Source of the DNA: Promethearchaeota archaeon
GTDB lineage: Archaea; Asgardarchaeota; Lokiarchaeia; Sigyniarchaeales; SOKP01
Assembly: GCA_019058245.1 (NCBI GenBank)
Contig: JAHPZJ010000013.1
Span: 297,166 to 361,165 of the forward strand
Length of the DNA stretch: 64,000 nt
Reading direction: 5' to 3'
Part shown: one piece after another, positions 21,194 through 30,420 of the stretch
How positions within the stretch are numbered: the first letter of the stretch is position 1
Layout: the number at the start of each line of letters is the position of its first letter
Program-made: the position numbers and the translations under genes
The notes under the pieces: model-generated
Seen by the model: only the letters and a program-made list of their open reading frames with translations
Databases searched by the model: none
What the model was told of the DNA's origin: nothing

Positions 21194-21457
21194 ATGGGTC
21201 GAAGGCTTTTCACAATCGATAGATGGAATTGGAGTCAAAAAGCAGAAAAATGGGTTTTTGTTGAACTAACTAAAAGTGGCAAGAAAAAATACCATTATCA
21301 AATAGAACCCCCCAAAGAATTCATTGAATTAACTATTAAAATGAAAGAACTAAATGAAAAATTATTGAACACTTCAGATCCTGGAGAAAATTCGAAAATT
21401 TTTGGTGAATTGATGATAGTGTCCCAAAAAATGCAGGAAATGGGTAAACCAAGTTAA
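21194..21457 (+). CDS. Hypothetical protein
   Basis: 87-aa ATG ORF convergent with nfi. Confidence 0.6.
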   Translation: MGRRLFTIDRWNWSQKAEKWVFVELTKSGKKKYHYQIEPPKEFIELTIKMKELNEKLLNTSDPGENSKIFGELMIVSQKMQEMGKPS

Positions 21458-22203
21458 TTATAATATTTAATATCCTTTCTTGAAAGATAATCTGCTAAAT
21501 AAAGAGGTTCAGGTTGTCTATGATTTATTGTAGTTGCTAAACAAATCTTTAAGGCTAGATTAAGTGAAATTTTATAACCCTCACTAATAAAAACAGGCTT
21601 ATTTCCACTATTCAAGCATACAGCATATCCTAATAAATCATTTGATTCTTCTTTACCCAAGTATTTGGGGTTTTTTGCCCATATTGAAGATTTATTTCCT
21701 TTAACTCTCTCAATTTTGTGCCAATCTGAAAATCCAATAAATGGGTTTTTTGCGATTCCTATGCTAGGAATATCTAAAGCATAACCTAAATGTACGGCTT
21801 CACCGAATCTTCTAGGATGAATTTTACCATGTCCATCACACATTATTAAATCAGGTTTATTTGGAACTTTTGAAATCACCTTAGCTAATAATTTACATTC
21901 TCTAAATCCTAAAAAACTTGGTTTATAAGGGAATTTAATAGGATCTTTGGTTGTTAAAAAATGACTTTCTTTTAAATTTTCTTTTAAATTCCAAATAACG
22001 GCACAAGCAATACCATATTCATTATTATTATCTTTAAAATATGAGATATCAACTCCAGCAATTGTATTAATATGCTTTATGCTAGTAAAATATTCATTCT
22101 TTGAGATTTTTTTCATTAAATTTTGATATTTAATTTGGATTGCTTCTGCCCGCTCAAATGAATAATCATCTCTTATTAATTCTTGAATAATGGTCATTCT
22201 CAA
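21454..22203 (-). CDS. nfi: Endonuclease V
   Basis: AGVDISY, FPYKPSFLGFRE, MCDGHGKIHPRRFGEAVH, IGIAK, PEPLYLAD. Confidence 0.92.
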   Translation of the reverse strand: MRMTIIQELIRDDYSFERAEAIQIKYQNLMKKISKNEYFTSIKHINTIAGVDISYFKDNNNEYGIACAVIWNLKENLKESHFLTTKDPIKFPYKPSFLGFRECKLLAKVISKVPNKPDLIMCDGHGKIHPRRFGEAVHLGYALDIPSIGIAKNPFIGFSDWHKIERVKGNKSSIWAKNPKYLGKEESNDLLGYAVCLNSGNKPVFISEGYKISLNLALKICLATTINHRQPEPLYLADYLSRKDIKYYN

Positions 22204-22362
22204 AGAAATATTTTATATCTCTTATTTATTATTAAATTTAGACAGTTTATTATTATTATAGTTTAGAAATTTGCTCCAAATTTTTTAAATTTATAAAAAT
22301 AACATTTAATTTATCTCGAATTCTTATAAATTTATAATCTTAATTAATTTGGTTTTCTTTTT

Positions 22363-23166
22363 ATGAAATTAGCTGTATCAGGTAAAGGAGGAGTAGGAAA
22401 AACCTTAGTTGCTGGAATTTTAGCAAGAATGTTTGCAAAGGATGGCGTTAAAGTTCTAGCAATTGATAATGATTCTGCAATGAATCTGAGTTATACTTTA
22501 GGGATTGATGAAAAAACCAAAGAAAATATCATCCCAATTAAGGAAATGAAATCAATGATAGAAAAAAGGACTCTTGTAAAAGGTGGGGGTCCTGGAGTTT
22601 ATAATATAAACCCAGAAGTAGCTGACATACCCGATAGATATAAAGTATCCGGTCCAGACGGATTACAATTATTGGTTTTAGGAGGAATTGAAGAACCGGC
22701 AACAGGATGTTTATGCCCTGAAAATGCATTAATAAGAACTTTATTATATAACTTATTTGTTAAAAGAGATGAAGTCATAATTGTTGATTTTGAAGCAGGC
22801 ATTGAGCATTTAGGACGAGGGACAGCAAAAGGAATTGATTTAATGTTGGTAATAACAGAGCCCTCTCAAAAATCTTTAGATCTCTGTAAAAAAATAATAG
22901 ATTTATCAAAAAAATTGGGAGTAATAAACATTTATTTAATAGCCAATAAAATAACTGATGAAAGTCAAACAGAAATAATAAATCAAAAGATAAAAAATTG
23001 GGAAGTTCCACTTTATCATTCGATTCCTTTTGACCCTAATATAGCTAAAGCTGATTTAGAAGGTAAATCTCCAATTGATTTTAACTCAAATTCAAAAGGG
23101 ATTTTATCAATAAAAAATCTTTATGAGAAATTAAAAAAATTAAAAAAAGAATTATTTGATATATAA
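22363..23166 (+). CDS. cooC: CooC-type nickel-insertion ATPase
   Basis: SGKGGVGKT, GCLCPEN, DFEAGIEHLGRGT. Confidence 0.9.
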   Translation: MKLAVSGKGGVGKTLVAGILARMFAKDGVKVLAIDNDSAMNLSYTLGIDEKTKENIIPIKEMKSMIEKRTLVKGGGPGVYNINPEVADIPDRYKVSGPDGLQLLVLGGIEEPATGCLCPENALIRTLLYNLFVKRDEVIIVDFEAGIEHLGRGTAKGIDLMLVITEPSQKSLDLCKKIIDLSKKLGVINIYLIANKITDESQTEIINQKIKNWEVPLYHSIPFDPNIAKADLEGKSPIDFNSNSKGILSIKNLYEKLKKLKKELFDI

Positions 23167-23197
23167 AGTACAAAAATTACCAGTTTAAACTCATTAA

Positions 23198-23734
23198 TTA
23201 AATAAAGGATTTATCGAATATACCTGAAAAAACAGGAATTATATAAAAAGATAATATTAATCCAATAAAAAGATGGATACTCCAATAAAGATATAGTGGT
23301 TTTCCAGAATTCAGTGTCTTATCGTTATTAGTTTCCCTTTCCTTATATTTATTAATAAAAAAATAAATAGTCACTAAAGCAATAATACAAATGGGTTGTA
23401 AGAATAAAAAAGAGACGTAAACTTGAATAGGAGGATCCCCCCCAAAACTCATATTTAAATGAGTTCCAATTATAATTGTATTAATTAATATTGTTGAAAT
23501 TATATAGGAAAGAGGATACATACCAATTATGAAAGCATATTCTAATTTTTCGCGATATAATTGAATCATAACAACTATTACTTCAAGAAGAATTATCAAA
23601 TTAATTAATGTCAAATAACTAAAAGTTGTCGGATAATAAAATAACTGTGAAATTACAAATATTATATAAGAAACCGCATAACCTAATAAAATTATATAAA
23701 AGTTCTCTTTTTTGAGATTTTGATTTTCTTGCAT
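23198..23734 (-). CDS. Hypothetical multi-pass membrane protein
   Basis: About five hydrophobic segments. Confidence 0.6.
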   Translation of the reverse strand: MQENQNLKKENFYIILLGYAVSYIIFVISQLFYYPTTFSYLTLINLIILLEVIVVMIQLYREKLEYAFIIGMYPLSYIISTILINTIIIGTHLNMSFGGDPPIQVYVSFLFLQPICIIALVTIYFFINKYKERETNNDKTLNSGKPLYLYWSIHLFIGLILSFYIIPVFSGIFDKSFI

Positions 23735-23912
23735 TTTAATCTTCTATAATATGTAATTTAATTGGATTAATATATCTTTAAAAATATTGAATTTCAATAT
23801 AAAATTTACTTCGTTTCTCAATTAAACTTTTTTTTTTTAAGATTTAAAATGTTAAATAAAACGATTAAATAATATATACTATATAAGAATAAGAAAGAAT
23901 GACAAAATATTT

Positions 23913-24155
23913 TTAAACTATATCTGTAAAATCTAAATTCTGATCTTCTGCAATTTCCTTCCATTGTTCTATCGCTTCTAATGCGTCTTTTTCATCCATC
24001 ATCTCTATGGCATAACCGGCATGAACCACTACATATTTACCTATTTTTGGATTTTGAATTAATGCAATAATTACATTTTGTTTAATCCCATCAAAATCTA
24101 CTAAGGCAGAATTCTGATTGATTTCTAATATTTTACCAGGAATTGCTAAACACAT
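23913..24155 (-). CDS. hypC: Hydrogenase maturation chaperone HypC
   Basis: MCLAIPGKI, YVVVHAGYAI. Confidence 0.95.
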   Translation of the reverse strand: MCLAIPGKILEINQNSALVDFDGIKQNVIIALIQNPKIGKYVVVHAGYAIEMMDEKDALEAIEQWKEIAEDQNLDFTDIV

Positions 24156-24258
24156 ATAAAATCTCTAATTGAAGCTTAATGTGTAATTTCTATAATTCTT
24201 TTAGATAAATAAAATTAATCCTTTTTATAAGAAAATTTTACAGATTTTATAACAAAAG

Positions 24259-25062
24259 CTAAGAGTTTGATGGTTTACCGGAGTAAAAATTGATTAAATC
24301 ATCCAACCAATTGAAAATTTCTACTTTAGTTAAATTATCAATATTAAACTTTAATCTTTCTAATTCTCTAACAATATTTCTTATATCTAAAGGAACTGAT
24401 TTTTGACAGAGTTCAAACATAAATTCATTGCTTTTAGATACTAAAGATTTTATTTCAGAATCCATAGGATCAAACATGGGCGTGTTATCGATTTCGTCCA
24501 CGCTTCTATCAAAATCTACAAGAAGATTTATTAAATCAAAAAGTCTTCCTGTTTCATTTCCCTTAAATGCTTTGTTAAATTGAAAGTAGTATCCTTTGTA
24601 ATCATCAATAGGGATTAATTCTGAATATTGGTTTGCTATTTTGATCACAGATTTGAAATGTTTATAAAGATTTGATGGAGACCATGAATATATATCAAAG
24701 CTCGTCTCTACTTCGTTACTTCGTATATCTAAATTAAATTTATGTTCATCTTTAAAATAACCAAATGGAATAATAACAAAATCTAATGAGTTTGTAGAAT
24801 TGTTTCTTAAATTAAAATTCAAATCATCAATAGTATATGCTTGATCAATTGAATGCTTATATAAATCAAATCTAACTTTTTTAATATCTGGTTTGTACAT
24901 ATAGAATATTAACCCTTCAAATCCTTGAAGACTAAATTCTATTGAAAACTCGACATTTTTTTTACTTTTCGCCTCATTATTAAATCTTGCATTAAGAAAT
25001 AGATGATAATAATTTTCAAGATGCTGAAAAAACCATGGAGTATCACGTTTTAAATTAAACAT
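24259..25062 (-). CDS. Hypothetical protein
   Basis: 267-aa ORF; no motif recognised. Confidence 0.6.
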   Translation of the reverse strand: MFNLKRDTPWFFQHLENYYHLFLNARFNNEAKSKKNVEFSIEFSLQGFEGLIFYMYKPDIKKVRFDLYKHSIDQAYTIDDLNFNLRNNSTNSLDFVIIPFGYFKDEHKFNLDIRSNEVETSFDIYSWSPSNLYKHFKSVIKIANQYSELIPIDDYKGYYFQFNKAFKGNETGRLFDLINLLVDFDRSVDEIDNTPMFDPMDSEIKSLVSKSNEFMFELCQKSVPLDIRNIVRELERLKFNIDNLTKVEIFNWLDDLINFYSGKPSNS

Positions 25063-25264
25063 TATTATATTAACTCCCTATTCCTTTTATTAACTTCCAT
25101 TTGATATTCCCTTAGATAAATACAAACAAGTGAATGAATTTTACATAATTATAAAATTTCAATTTATAAAATAATTTATTCTTATTTAAATCTTACAATC
25201 ATAATTCGAATGTTAAAGAAAATAAAAGAAAATAAAAAAAATAAAAAAATTTATTGATAGTAGC

Positions 25265-26146
25265 TTAGAGATTTTCAATAGCTGTATTTCGTCTAGTTCG
25301 ATGGTTTTTTAAACCAATCTCCTCAGAATTTACACCCATTGCTAAAGCTAATAATTCAGTTACATATAATACTGGAATATTATATTCAGATTCAAATTTC
25401 TTTGAAAGATTTCGCTGTTCACCATCCAACCGTTGAAAACACGCTGGACAATTTACAACGATACAATTAGCGCCAGCTTTTTTAATCGAATCAAGTTTTT
25501 GCTTCAATATTGCATCTCCATGTTCTGGAAAAGGTCCAGCAACAGCATTTCCACAACAAAGTCCTAATTCTTCGTAATCAACAACATTAGCTCCCGAAGC
25601 AGCAACAATTTCTTTCAAATTTTTTGGACGTAGAGGATCATCAGAATCCATCCATTCAACAGGTCTCATGTAATGACAACCTGGGTGGCAAGCAACCTTT
25701 AGATCACTCATCTGCTTTGTAATTCCTCCTTTTATTGCATTTAATTTTGATAGTAAAACATCAACAAAATGTTTTACATCAATGGAACCTTTATATTCCT
25801 TTCCAATCTTGGCCAATTCTTTGTTTATGGCCTCTTTTTTATTGGAATCATGCTTTAATTGATGTTGTACTCCACGAAGTGTATTAGCACAACCATTACA
25901 AAGCGAAATTATATCTTTACCTTCAGCTTCAGCCAAACATAAATTTCGAGCACCTAAAGCTAACCAAGTGGTATTATCAAAACTTTTAACTCCAGTAGGA
26001 TCTGGACAACATGCAAAAGGAGCTTGTGAAGTTTGCACTCCAATTTTATCAAAAACTTTTCTGGAAGCTGCTTCAATAAACGGAATTCTGTTTCCAATAG
26101 TACACCCTTCAAACATTTTATATTCTGTCATTTTGTTTTCCTCCAT
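25265..26146 (-). CDS. hdrB: Heterodisulfide reductase subunit B, copy 1 (likely start MTEY at about 26131)
   Basis: GCTI, ACCPDP, LCNGC, HPGCH, LCCG, NCPACF CCG-domain motifs. Confidence 0.92.
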   Translation of the reverse strand: MEENKMTEYKMFEGCTIGNRIPFIEAASRKVFDKIGVQTSQAPFACCPDPTGVKSFDNTTWLALGARNLCLAEAEGKDIISLCNGCANTLRGVQHQLKHDSNKKEAINKELAKIGKEYKGSIDVKHFVDVLLSKLNAIKGGITKQMSDLKVACHPGCHYMRPVEWMDSDDPLRPKNLKEIVAASGANVVDYEELGLCCGNAVAGPFPEHGDAILKQKLDSIKKAGANCIVVNCPACFQRLDGEQRNLSKKFESEYNIPVLYVTELLALAMGVNSEEIGLKNHRTRRNTAIENL

Positions 26147-26679
26147 TATAATTTTTTATCAGCACCTACTGCTTTTAATAAAGTTTGAACTTCATTGACA
26201 TCTGGTGTAACAACACCAGGTAAGCCTAATTGCTCACGTCTTCTCTCGATAGCTGGTTGAGATGGAATTGCTTTACCACTTTCAAATACTGTTTTTGCTT
26301 GAGCTACAATATTATCAGGTGCCAGTCCTGCTCCTGTTGTAACGTTTTTTGCTAATGCTATTATTTCCGTAACCTCAATCGCCTGAGGACAAACAGTATC
26401 ACAAGTATCGCATACTGTACAACCCCATGGTATGATTGCAGATTTTGTGCCTGCTAACATCATTACTACATCTTTATATCCTAAAAGAGTTCCTAAAACA
26501 ATTAATCTAGGATCAAAAACGTTTTCATAAAAAGGATTAGCTACAGAGGCAACAGGACAATTATCCGTACATCTATTACATTGATAACAGTATTTGATTT
26601 TATCAGATCCAATATGAACGTCCATTATTAATTTCCTAAATTCAAAATCTATACCTACAGGTAATGCCATTTTTTTCAC
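26146..26679 (-). CDS. hdrC: Heterodisulfide reductase subunit C, copy 1 (likely ATG start at about 26670)
   Basis: CYQCNRCTDNCP and WGCTVCDTCDTVCPQ; adjacent to hdrB. Confidence 0.9.
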   Translation of the reverse strand: MKKMALPVGIDFEFRKLIMDVHIGSDKIKYCYQCNRCTDNCPVASVANPFYENVFDPRLIVLGTLLGYKDVVMMLAGTKSAIIPWGCTVCDTCDTVCPQAIEVTEIIALAKNVTTGAGLAPDNIVAQAKTVFESGKAIPSQPAIERRREQLGLPGVVTPDVNEVQTLLKAVGADKKL

Positions 26680-26720
26680 GTTTTTTTTGAGTTTTTTTCA
26701 TTTCATTTTTACTTATTTTT

Positions 26721-26795
26721 TGTTGGTTTTAACCCATGCAAGGGCAGTCATATCCAATCTATTATTTTTATTGGATAATTCATCCTAAACCAACA
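26721..26795 (-). promoter_or_regulatory. Eukaryote-type SECIS element of vhuU
   Basis: Minus-strand RNA UGUUGGUUU-AGG-AUGAA-U-UAUCCAAU-AAAAAUAAUAG-AUUGGAUA-UGAC-UGCCCUUGCAUGGGUUA-AAACCAACA. It has an AUGA/GA core, an 8-bp upper helix, an A-rich loop and a 9-bp basal helix. Confidence 0.85.
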
Positions 26796-26929
26796 TTTAG
26801 CTCACGAGAGTAAATTTCTTTACCCCTCTCATCAACAACAGTGATGTGAGCGGCACATGATAGTCAACAATCATAACATCGAACTATCATTTCCAAGACA
26901 TTTACTACTCCTTCTGGTATATCACTCAT
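26780..26929 (-). CDS. vhuU: Selenoprotein VhuU, the C-terminal peptide of the split [NiFeSe] hydrogenase large subunit (49 aa; not in the ORF track)
   Basis: Manual translation MSDIPEGVVNVLEMIVRCYDC-U-LSCAAHITVVDERGKEIYSRELNVGLG*. The in-frame TGA at 26864-26866 falls in the L2 motif that the upstream vhuA lacks; a SECIS follows. Confidence 0.93.
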
Positions 26930-26966
26930 TTTTTTTATTCACGCTCTATATTAATTTTGAATTAAT

Positions 26967-28274
26967 CTATTTAATCCATGGATCTGGTAATTTTAATCCG
27001 TCCAAGGCTTTATCTTCAAATACTTGCTTCGCTGAGTGCATTAAAGACTTTTCGATTCCTGCGATGTTATGATTTGTAGCAACTAAAAGATTCAACTTCT
27101 TACAAATACCTTCAGCATCAGACCAAATGTTATATAGGAGAAGTCCTCGTGGAGCTTCTGTAACTCCAACACCATTTCCTTCTCTTGGTTCAACATCGAG
27201 TGTTTTGCAATCAGGATTCACGATATCAGGATCTTTGAGTAATGTAGCAATCATCTCAATTGATTCTACCATTTCAATTATTCTCGCCCAGTGATATGCA
27301 AAAGTATGGTGTATTACATTAGTACCTATTTTTTCTCTCATTGCCTTTAACGCATCATCTGCTAATGGTGTAGCCATTTTGTCAGCACAATTAATCATTG
27401 CTAAAGTATTCGCTCGATAAATACCCTCAGGGTATCCCGCTGGCTTATAGTACATATGAGTTGCATAAGAATGTTTAGGAATATGTTCTCCAAGTGCTTC
27501 CAGATAATTTTGAGGTTTATAATCAAATTTCTCTCCGGTTGGAGAAACAATTCGGATATCACCATCATAAATATCATGAACACCATTTTTTGTTAACCCT
27601 ACATAATAAGTAGGCACAACACCGACATTAGCTACAACATCCCAATAATCTTCTACAACTTTTAAAGCAATATCAACCGTTTTCTTTGTAAATTCTATTT
27701 GTTCATCAATTACTTTTAAGAATTTATCACGTACGTCTTCATCTAAAGGCTTTTTCATGCCTCCAACTATCGCAGATATTGGATGAACAGCTTTACCACC
27801 TACTGCAGCACATAATTTCTGACCGAAATCCATCATCTTTAACGCCATAGCTCCAACATCAGGCATTTTATTTATTACATGAACAACATTTCTTAAAGCC
27901 GGATCTGCGAAAGGTCCTAATAAGAAATCAGGAGCCGCAAGAGCATAGAAATGAATAACATGTGATGAATATTGTTTCGCATTGATTAATAACTGTCGTA
28001 ATTTATATGCGGGGGTAGGTATCTGAACACCCCAAGCGTCTTCTACTGCTTTAGTGGGTGTTAGATGATGAGGAATTGGACAAATACCACAAATTCTTGG
28101 AGTTATTCGAGGTACATGTTCGCAATAACGTCCCTCGACAAATTTCTCAAAAAATCTTGTTGATTGGATATTGAATTGAACATCCTTTACTGTACCATCA
28201 TCTCCAAGTACTACCCTCAACCCACCATGACCCTCTAATCGGGTAACAGGTTCAACTTCTATTTCTTTTACCAT
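26967..28274 (-). CDS. vhuA: F420-non-reducing (group 3c) [NiFe] hydrogenase large subunit, lacking the C-terminal L2 motif
   Basis: EPVTRLEGHG, RICGICPIPH (L1), EAPRGLL; ends at ...PDPWIK with no DPCxxC. Confidence 0.93.
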   Translation of the reverse strand: MVKEIEVEPVTRLEGHGGLRVVLGDDGTVKDVQFNIQSTRFFEKFVEGRYCEHVPRITPRICGICPIPHHLTPTKAVEDAWGVQIPTPAYKLRQLLINAKQYSSHVIHFYALAAPDFLLGPFADPALRNVVHVINKMPDVGAMALKMMDFGQKLCAAVGGKAVHPISAIVGGMKKPLDEDVRDKFLKVIDEQIEFTKKTVDIALKVVEDYWDVVANVGVVPTYYVGLTKNGVHDIYDGDIRIVSPTGEKFDYKPQNYLEALGEHIPKHSYATHMYYKPAGYPEGIYRANTLAMINCADKMATPLADDALKAMREKIGTNVIHHTFAYHWARIIEMVESIEMIATLLKDPDIVNPDCKTLDVEPREGNGVGVTEAPRGLLLYNIWSDAEGICKKLNLLVATNHNIAGIEKSLMHSAKQVFEDKALDGLKLPDPWIK

Positions 28275-28277
28275 TTA

Positions 28278-29603
28278 TTATGCACCTCCTTTTCTTGATG
28301 CTAATGTAAATTTCTCAAAAGTACCAATAGGATCTTTGACTTGGGAAAGCAATTCCTCTTTAGATAAGCTTATGTTAAATCCTTTCAGTACTGTATCAGC
28401 AAACCTCTCTGCTTGATTAACACCCCATTTGGTCTGTCCATAACAACCCGTACATGGAGCATTAACTTTAATGCATAAGGCACCACAGCCAGCTTGAGTT
28501 ACAGGACCCATACAAATATAACCTTGTTCAAGTAAACAATCTTCCATATTTGGTATTCCTTCGTAATCTCGCTTAACCCTTGTCATTGTAGATTTACTTC
28601 CAATGATTCTTGGACATGTATCACAGACATTTGAAATTTCATGGAAATCAGGATTATCTCTTAAGAAGCTCATTAAATTCGAAGCAATTTCCTCAGTTGT
28701 AGGGGGAAGATTTGCTAATTGTGTCTCTGGAGCACCATGTTTCTTTATTTGTTTTAAAATATCACCAGCAAGATCAAAACCAGCCATTAAAGGAAGATTT
28801 AAAAACAGTGGTAAAAATTCAAAAATACTCTTTTTATCACCTGAACTTATGGCTCCAAGATCTTTTGTCATACTATTTAATTTTTCAGCTCTAACACCTA
28901 CTGTCTTAGCCGGTCCCATACAACCTAAACATGGAGATCCATTATTTGGACATTTCAATGAACATCCAATGCTTGTAATTGGTCCGAAACACAATTTACC
29001 TGCATCTAATAGACATCCAGATTGATTTAATGCACAATCATTACAAAATGCCAAATCATTCATAGGGAATGGCTTTTGACCGAGTAAAAACCCAATTGCA
29101 CTATATATTTGTTGTGATTTTGGAGGACACCCCGACATATATGCATCCACTTTGATTACCCTATCTACGGGTACAATCTTGGATTCAAAACCAGGAACAT
29201 GTTCCGTTGGTTCTCCACCACTTTCATCTGCAATACTCTCTACTTGTGAGAATTTTCTGTCAATTAACTCTTGTATATCCCATTGGTTAGCTAATCCATG
29301 TACATTTCCATAACATGAACAACTACCAAAAGCTACAATAATAGCACATTTTTGACGCATTAATTTTGTACCTTCAACATCTTGTTTAGTTCGAAGGCTC
29401 CCTTCTATAAATCCAACAACAATTTCACCATCTTCTCTAGCTTCCAACGAATTATACTTGAAATCAACTACTGCTGGCCAATAGACAATCTCTAGCGCTG
29501 GTAAGACTGGCAAAAGGGCTAGATGTAAATCAATTAAACTCTGATGACAACCCCAACAGTCACTATTTTGCCAAAATGCAACCTTAACAGGTATAGAGAT
29601 CAC
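28278..29603 (-). CDS. vhuG: Hydrogenase small subunit (MvhG/VhuG type) with a duplicated C-terminal Fe-S domain; start codon uncertain (GTG 29603 or ATA 29594)
   Basis: CWGCH, AFGSCSCYG, SGCPP; two copies of CxxC...CLL..G.(L/I)C.GP.T..GC...C....PC.GC.G. Confidence 0.9.
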   Translation of the reverse strand: MISIPVKVAFWQNSDCWGCHQSLIDLHLALLPVLPALEIVYWPAVVDFKYNSLEAREDGEIVVGFIEGSLRTKQDVEGTKLMRQKCAIIVAFGSCSCYGNVHGLANQWDIQELIDRKFSQVESIADESGGEPTEHVPGFESKIVPVDRVIKVDAYMSGCPPKSQQIYSAIGFLLGQKPFPMNDLAFCNDCALNQSGCLLDAGKLCFGPITSIGCSLKCPNNGSPCLGCMGPAKTVGVRAEKLNSMTKDLGAISSGDKKSIFEFLPLFLNLPLMAGFDLAGDILKQIKKHGAPETQLANLPPTTEEIASNLMSFLRDNPDFHEISNVCDTCPRIIGSKSTMTRVKRDYEGIPNMEDCLLEQGYICMGPVTQAGCGALCIKVNAPCTGCYGQTKWGVNQAERFADTVLKGFNISLSKEELLSQVKDPIGTFEKFTLASRKGGA

Positions 29604-30290
29604 CTCTTTTAATTTTAGCAGTTTTTACAGCCATTTTATTTTTCACTTTTGTTGTTTTTTTTTGATTTTAAATTATCTAATTTGTTATAAAAATAATTAG
29701 TTGAGATAGTTTATTCATAACTTTATTAAAAACTTCTGATTAAGTTTATGATTAGACAGATTTATTTAAATTCAAGTTTATGAATAAATATTCAAAATAC
29801 TTAGTGAGTTAATTTGAATCGTTTTTTTAAATACGAAATTGATAGTACGTTTTAATAATTAAAAAATGATTTTCTGTCAAATTGTCATAAAAATATAATC
29901 TAATTTTATTATTTTTTTAAAAAATATATTTTCTGTTTTGCTTATTAAAATTAAACTATACGTCCTTCCTTAATCAATTCAGCTATTATTTGTCGATCAA
30001 CATTATCTAATAGCATTTTTAAATACTGAGATTAATTTTATTAATTATAACTTTATTGCAAGTTTTTAAAAATTGTTGATTATAAAAATTCAATTAGCTT
30101 ATATCTTTAATAAATAAATTAGTATATTCCTCTTTTATATTAAAAAAGCCATCGCTTCTTAAACTATATTGAAATAAATCGGTAATACATAGTTTATATT
30201 GATTATTATTAATGATTTGTAACAATTTTCATTACTTCATTTAAAAATTAAGTATATCATTATTATTTTTATTGTCATACAAAATTTCAA

Positions 30291-30378
30291 CTTTCAATTT
30301 GAAATTTTTTATAGAATTTTGTTGCAGAATGAAACTAGAAGGCAATAAACTGTTTAAAGCTTCCTAAATCCTTATAAG
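30291..30378 (+). promoter_or_regulatory. Putative Lrp-type operator array and TATA box upstream of the Lrp/AsnC gene
   Basis: CTTTCA-ATT-TGAAAT (30291), GTTGCA-GAA-TGAAAC (30321), GTTTAA half-site (30352), CTTATAAG (30371). Confidence 0.65.
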
Positions 30379-30420
30379 GAATCAATTTTTTTTTATATAA
30401 GCATTTCTAATAATATAATT

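Noticed and set aside
26768-26782. Second Sec at the terminal TGA of vhuU
   Set aside because: It would add only U-I-I-Q to a tail that is normally cleaved off, and this UGA is part of the SECIS core itself
26857-27072. 71-aa plus-strand ORF from the track
   Set aside because: Antisense to vhuA and vhuU; no recognisable protein features
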